A stretch of DNA of 1,267 nt from a phage: the sequence record AF039885.1; one strand, written 5' to 3'. This document shows positions 1 to 1,267 of the stretch, one piece after another; position 1 is the stretch's first letter, and the number at the start of each line of letters is the position of its first letter. Below the pieces are notes generated by a model, which saw nothing but the letters and a program-made list of their open reading frames with translations, had not been told where the DNA came from and ran no database searches. The translations under genes were made by a program, and so were the position numbers.

Positions 1-290
1 CGATTTCCGGCGGGCAAGATCCTAACAGTGCAGAATCTAAGCAATATGCTGCAGATGTAGATCTGATTGGTGAAGCTATGTGTGACGAAGATGGCGACAT
101 CATTAAGTTCGAGAAAGTTCCTTCTCTGGAACAAACCTATCCGGTTCCTACCTATGAAGAGCAGAAAGAAGCAATTCAAGCCTTCATGGAAGGTCGTGAG
201 AATAAAGATGACGATGCCAAGTCTGGTAACAGCAATGCTGGTTCTCAGAAAGGTATTGACCAGGAAGCTGCAAGCGATCTGGATGACTAA
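1..290 (+). CDS. 5'-truncated ORF (C-terminal ~96 codons) for a hypothetical protein with an acidic, Gly/Ser/Asn-rich C-terminal tail; function not assignable
   Basis: The frame is open from the window edge (first full codon at 3-5) to TAA at 288-290, followed at once by a second TAA at 291-293. The ORF track only reports it from the internal ATG at 78. Translation ends ...KDDDAKSGNSNAGSQKGIDQEAASDLDD. Codon choice is enterobacterial-like (CTG, CCG, CGT, GGT, ACC) and it lies 36 nt upstream of, and co-directional with, the next gene. The overlapping +1-frame ORF 67-330 is basic and starts at TTG, as expected for the wrong frame of an acidic gene. The first ~20 nt may be poor-quality read start. 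Confidence 0.6.
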   Translation, partial: ISGGQDPNSAESKQYAADVDLIGEAMCDEDGDIIKFEKVPSLEQTYPVPTYEEQKEAIQAFMEGRENKDDDAKSGNSNAGSQKGIDQEAASDLDD

Positions 291-326
291 TAANGGGAGT
301 TCCGGCGGTACCCTTTCTTTTAATAT

Positions 327-1148
327 ATGAGAATATTATTTAGTGCTGATCATCATATCAAACTAGGACAAGATAAAGTTCCAAAGGAATGGCAGAAGCG
401 TCGCTTCCTGATGCTAGGAGAACGGTTAAATGATATATTCCATAATCATAACTGTGATCTTCATATTGCTGGTGGTGATATACTTGATGTTGCCGACCCG
501 TCGTCAGAAGAAATAGAACTGCTTGAACAGTTCATGTCAAGACTTGACCATCCAGGCAAAATTTTTACTGGAAATCATGAAATGTTAACTAAAACCATTT
601 CGTGTCTGTATCATTACGCAGGGGTTATTAATAAAGTAACTAGTGGGAAGTGGGAAGTAATTACCAAACCATATCGTTCCCCTGAATTTGATATTGTTCC
701 GTATGATGAGATCCATAAAGCTAAGTGGAAACCTCCGGTATCAAAACTATGTTTCACGCATGTTCGTGGTGAAATCCCTCCACATGTAAAACCAGAAATT
801 GATCTAACTAAGTACAACTGTTATGATACTGTAATTGCTGGCGATTTACATTCCTATACTAATAGCCAGACTATCGGATCTACTAGACTCCTCTANCCAA
901 GGTCTCCATTAACTACATCGTTCCATAGAGAACGCACAAAAGGTACAAATGGGTGCTTTATTAATGATACCGACACATTAAAAGTAAAATGGATTGAACT
1001 AGGTGATTTACCACAACTGGATCCTAAAACAATCGGAGCAGGTGAAGAGATGGGACCTAATGATTATGATCGTGTANCCAACAAAGTTCCTGGGGACGTT
1101 GTTCAATTAAAGTCTATCAAAGACTCNGATTTTTTGTTAGNAGATTAA
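327..1148 (+). CDS. Mre11/SbcD-family DNA repair/recombination nuclease (calcineurin-like metallophosphoesterase), phage gp47/D12-like; 3' end uncertain because of base-call quality
   Basis: ATG at 327 is the first start after an in-frame TAA at 321-323. The 273-codon frame carries all five Mre11/SbcD phosphoesterase motifs in canonical order and spacing: motif I D8-H9-H10 (348-356, LFSADHH); motif II G49-G50-D51-x-x-D54 (471-488, GGDILD); motif III G82-N83-H84-E85 (570-581, GNHE); motif IV H145 (759-761, FTHVRGE); motif V G172-D173-L174-H175 (840-851, GDLHS). Four ambiguous codons lie in the frame: 894-896 TAN (Tyr or stop), 1077-1079 NCC, 1125-1127 TCN (Ser whatever the base) and 1140-1142 GNA. 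The stop is TAA at 1146-1148. Confidence 0.85.
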   Translation: MRILFSADHHIKLGQDKVPKEWQKRRFLMLGERLNDIFHNHNCDLHIAGGDILDVADPSSEEIELLEQFMSRLDHPGKIFTGNHEMLTKTISCLYHYAGVINKVTSGKWEVITKPYRSPEFDIVPYDEIHKAKWKPPVSKLCFTHVRGEIPPHVKPEIDLTKYNCYDTVIAGDLHSYTNSQTIGSTRLLXPRSPLTTSFHRERTKGTNGCFINDTDTLKVKWIELGDLPQLDPKTIGAGEEMGPNDYDRVXNKVPGDVVQLKSIKDXDFLLXD

Positions 1149-1149
1149 C

Positions 1150-1233
1150 CANCGGTTTCTAAAGACCTAATTANATCCTGNTGNTCTNNATNTNTTNNGN
1201 GNACTTGANCTATACTNCCNTGAAGNGGANAAG
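1150..1233. other. Low-quality read tail of the insert (about 20 N calls); content not interpretable
   Basis: N calls at 1152, 1174, 1181, 1184, 1188, 1189, 1192, 1194, 1197, 1198, 1200, 1202, 1209, 1217, 1220, 1226 and 1230. No reliable reading frame can be followed. Confidence 0.8.
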
Positions 1234-1267
1234 GGATCCTCGTAGAGTCGACCTGCAGGCATGCAAG
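1234..1267. other. Cloning-vector polylinker (pUC/M13 MCS, BamHI-XbaI-SalI-PstI-SphI-partial HindIII); not part of the biological insert
   Basis: The sequence ggatcctcgtagagtcgacctgcaggcatgcaag matches the canonical pUC18/19 polylinker GGATCCTCTAGAGTCGACCTGCAGGCATGCAAG(CTT) except for one extra g in the XbaI site (tcgtagag vs tctagag), consistent with a read-end error. Confidence 0.92.

Noticed and set aside
3-17. ISGGQ at the window start, resembling the ABC/Rad50 signature motif (LSGGQ/LSGGE), which would make the upstream ORF the C-terminus of an SbcC/Rad50-like partner
   Set aside because: No proper Walker B (hydrophobic strand plus DE) follows at the expected spacing, there is no histidine at all downstream (so no H-loop), and the protein ends in a disordered acidic tail. 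Bases 1-17 may also be unreliable read start.
295-326. Possible rho-independent terminator (GC island plus tttctttt) or a -10-like TAATAT at 321-326
   Set aside because: The stem I can draw is only about three G-C pairs plus wobbles, too weak for a confident terminator. TAATAT directly abuts the ATG and has no -35 partner at usable spacing, so it cannot serve as this gene's promoter.
291-326. Intergenic spacer as a chimeric junction containing vector polylinker (cggtaccc, 306-313)
   Set aside because: It is only an 8-nt match. The upstream gene ends with a natural tandem stop and the downstream gene begins 36 nt later, a normal operon arrangement, and no other polylinker sites flank it.
67-330. 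87-codon + strand ORF in an alternative frame, overlapping the upstream gene
   Set aside because: It starts at TTG, is lysine/arginine-rich as expected for the shifted frame of an acidic gene, and overlaps a frame with better codon usage and tandem stops. Judged spurious.
614-817. 67-codon minus-strand ORF
   Set aside because: It is wholly antisense to the motif-bearing core of the nuclease gene and its translation has no recognisable features. Typical shadow ORF.
1-1267. tRNA, rRNA, CRISPR repeats, IS or transposon ends, or tandem repeats
   Set aside because: Apart from the single 9-mer pair, I found no periodic repeats, inverted terminal repeats or cloverleaf-like conserved RNA sequence on either strand.

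Overview
This window reads as a raw, single-pass clone read rather than finished genome sequence: it carries scattered N calls (dense after ~1150) and ends in a pUC/M13-type polylinker (1234-1267). The insert is AT-rich (my hand count over 60-nt blocks gives roughly 45% GC for 1-300 and roughly 38% for 301-720; approximate). It holds two co-directional + strand genes. (1) A 5'-truncated ORF ending at 290 with tandem TAA TAA stops; it encodes an acidic, low-complexity C-terminal tail and I cannot assign a function. (2) A 273-codon ORF (327-1148) that I call with good confidence as an Mre11/SbcD-family metallophosphoesterase, the nuclease subunit of an SbcCD / Mre11-Rad50-type complex; all five phosphoesterase motifs are present in canonical order and spacing. 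Its size, AT-richness and enterobacterial-style codons (CGT/CGC, CTG, CCG) point to a coliphage-type gene of the T4 gp47 / T5 D12 class, but I cannot name the source without a database search. I see no rRNA, tRNA, CRISPR array, mobile-element boundary or convincing promoter or terminator. I find no sequence-level evidence for a novel biological system here. The points worth a second look are mostly about read quality (vector tail, an ambiguous TAN codon, an uncertain 3' gene end), an unusual translation-initiation context, and a short GC-rich repeat.
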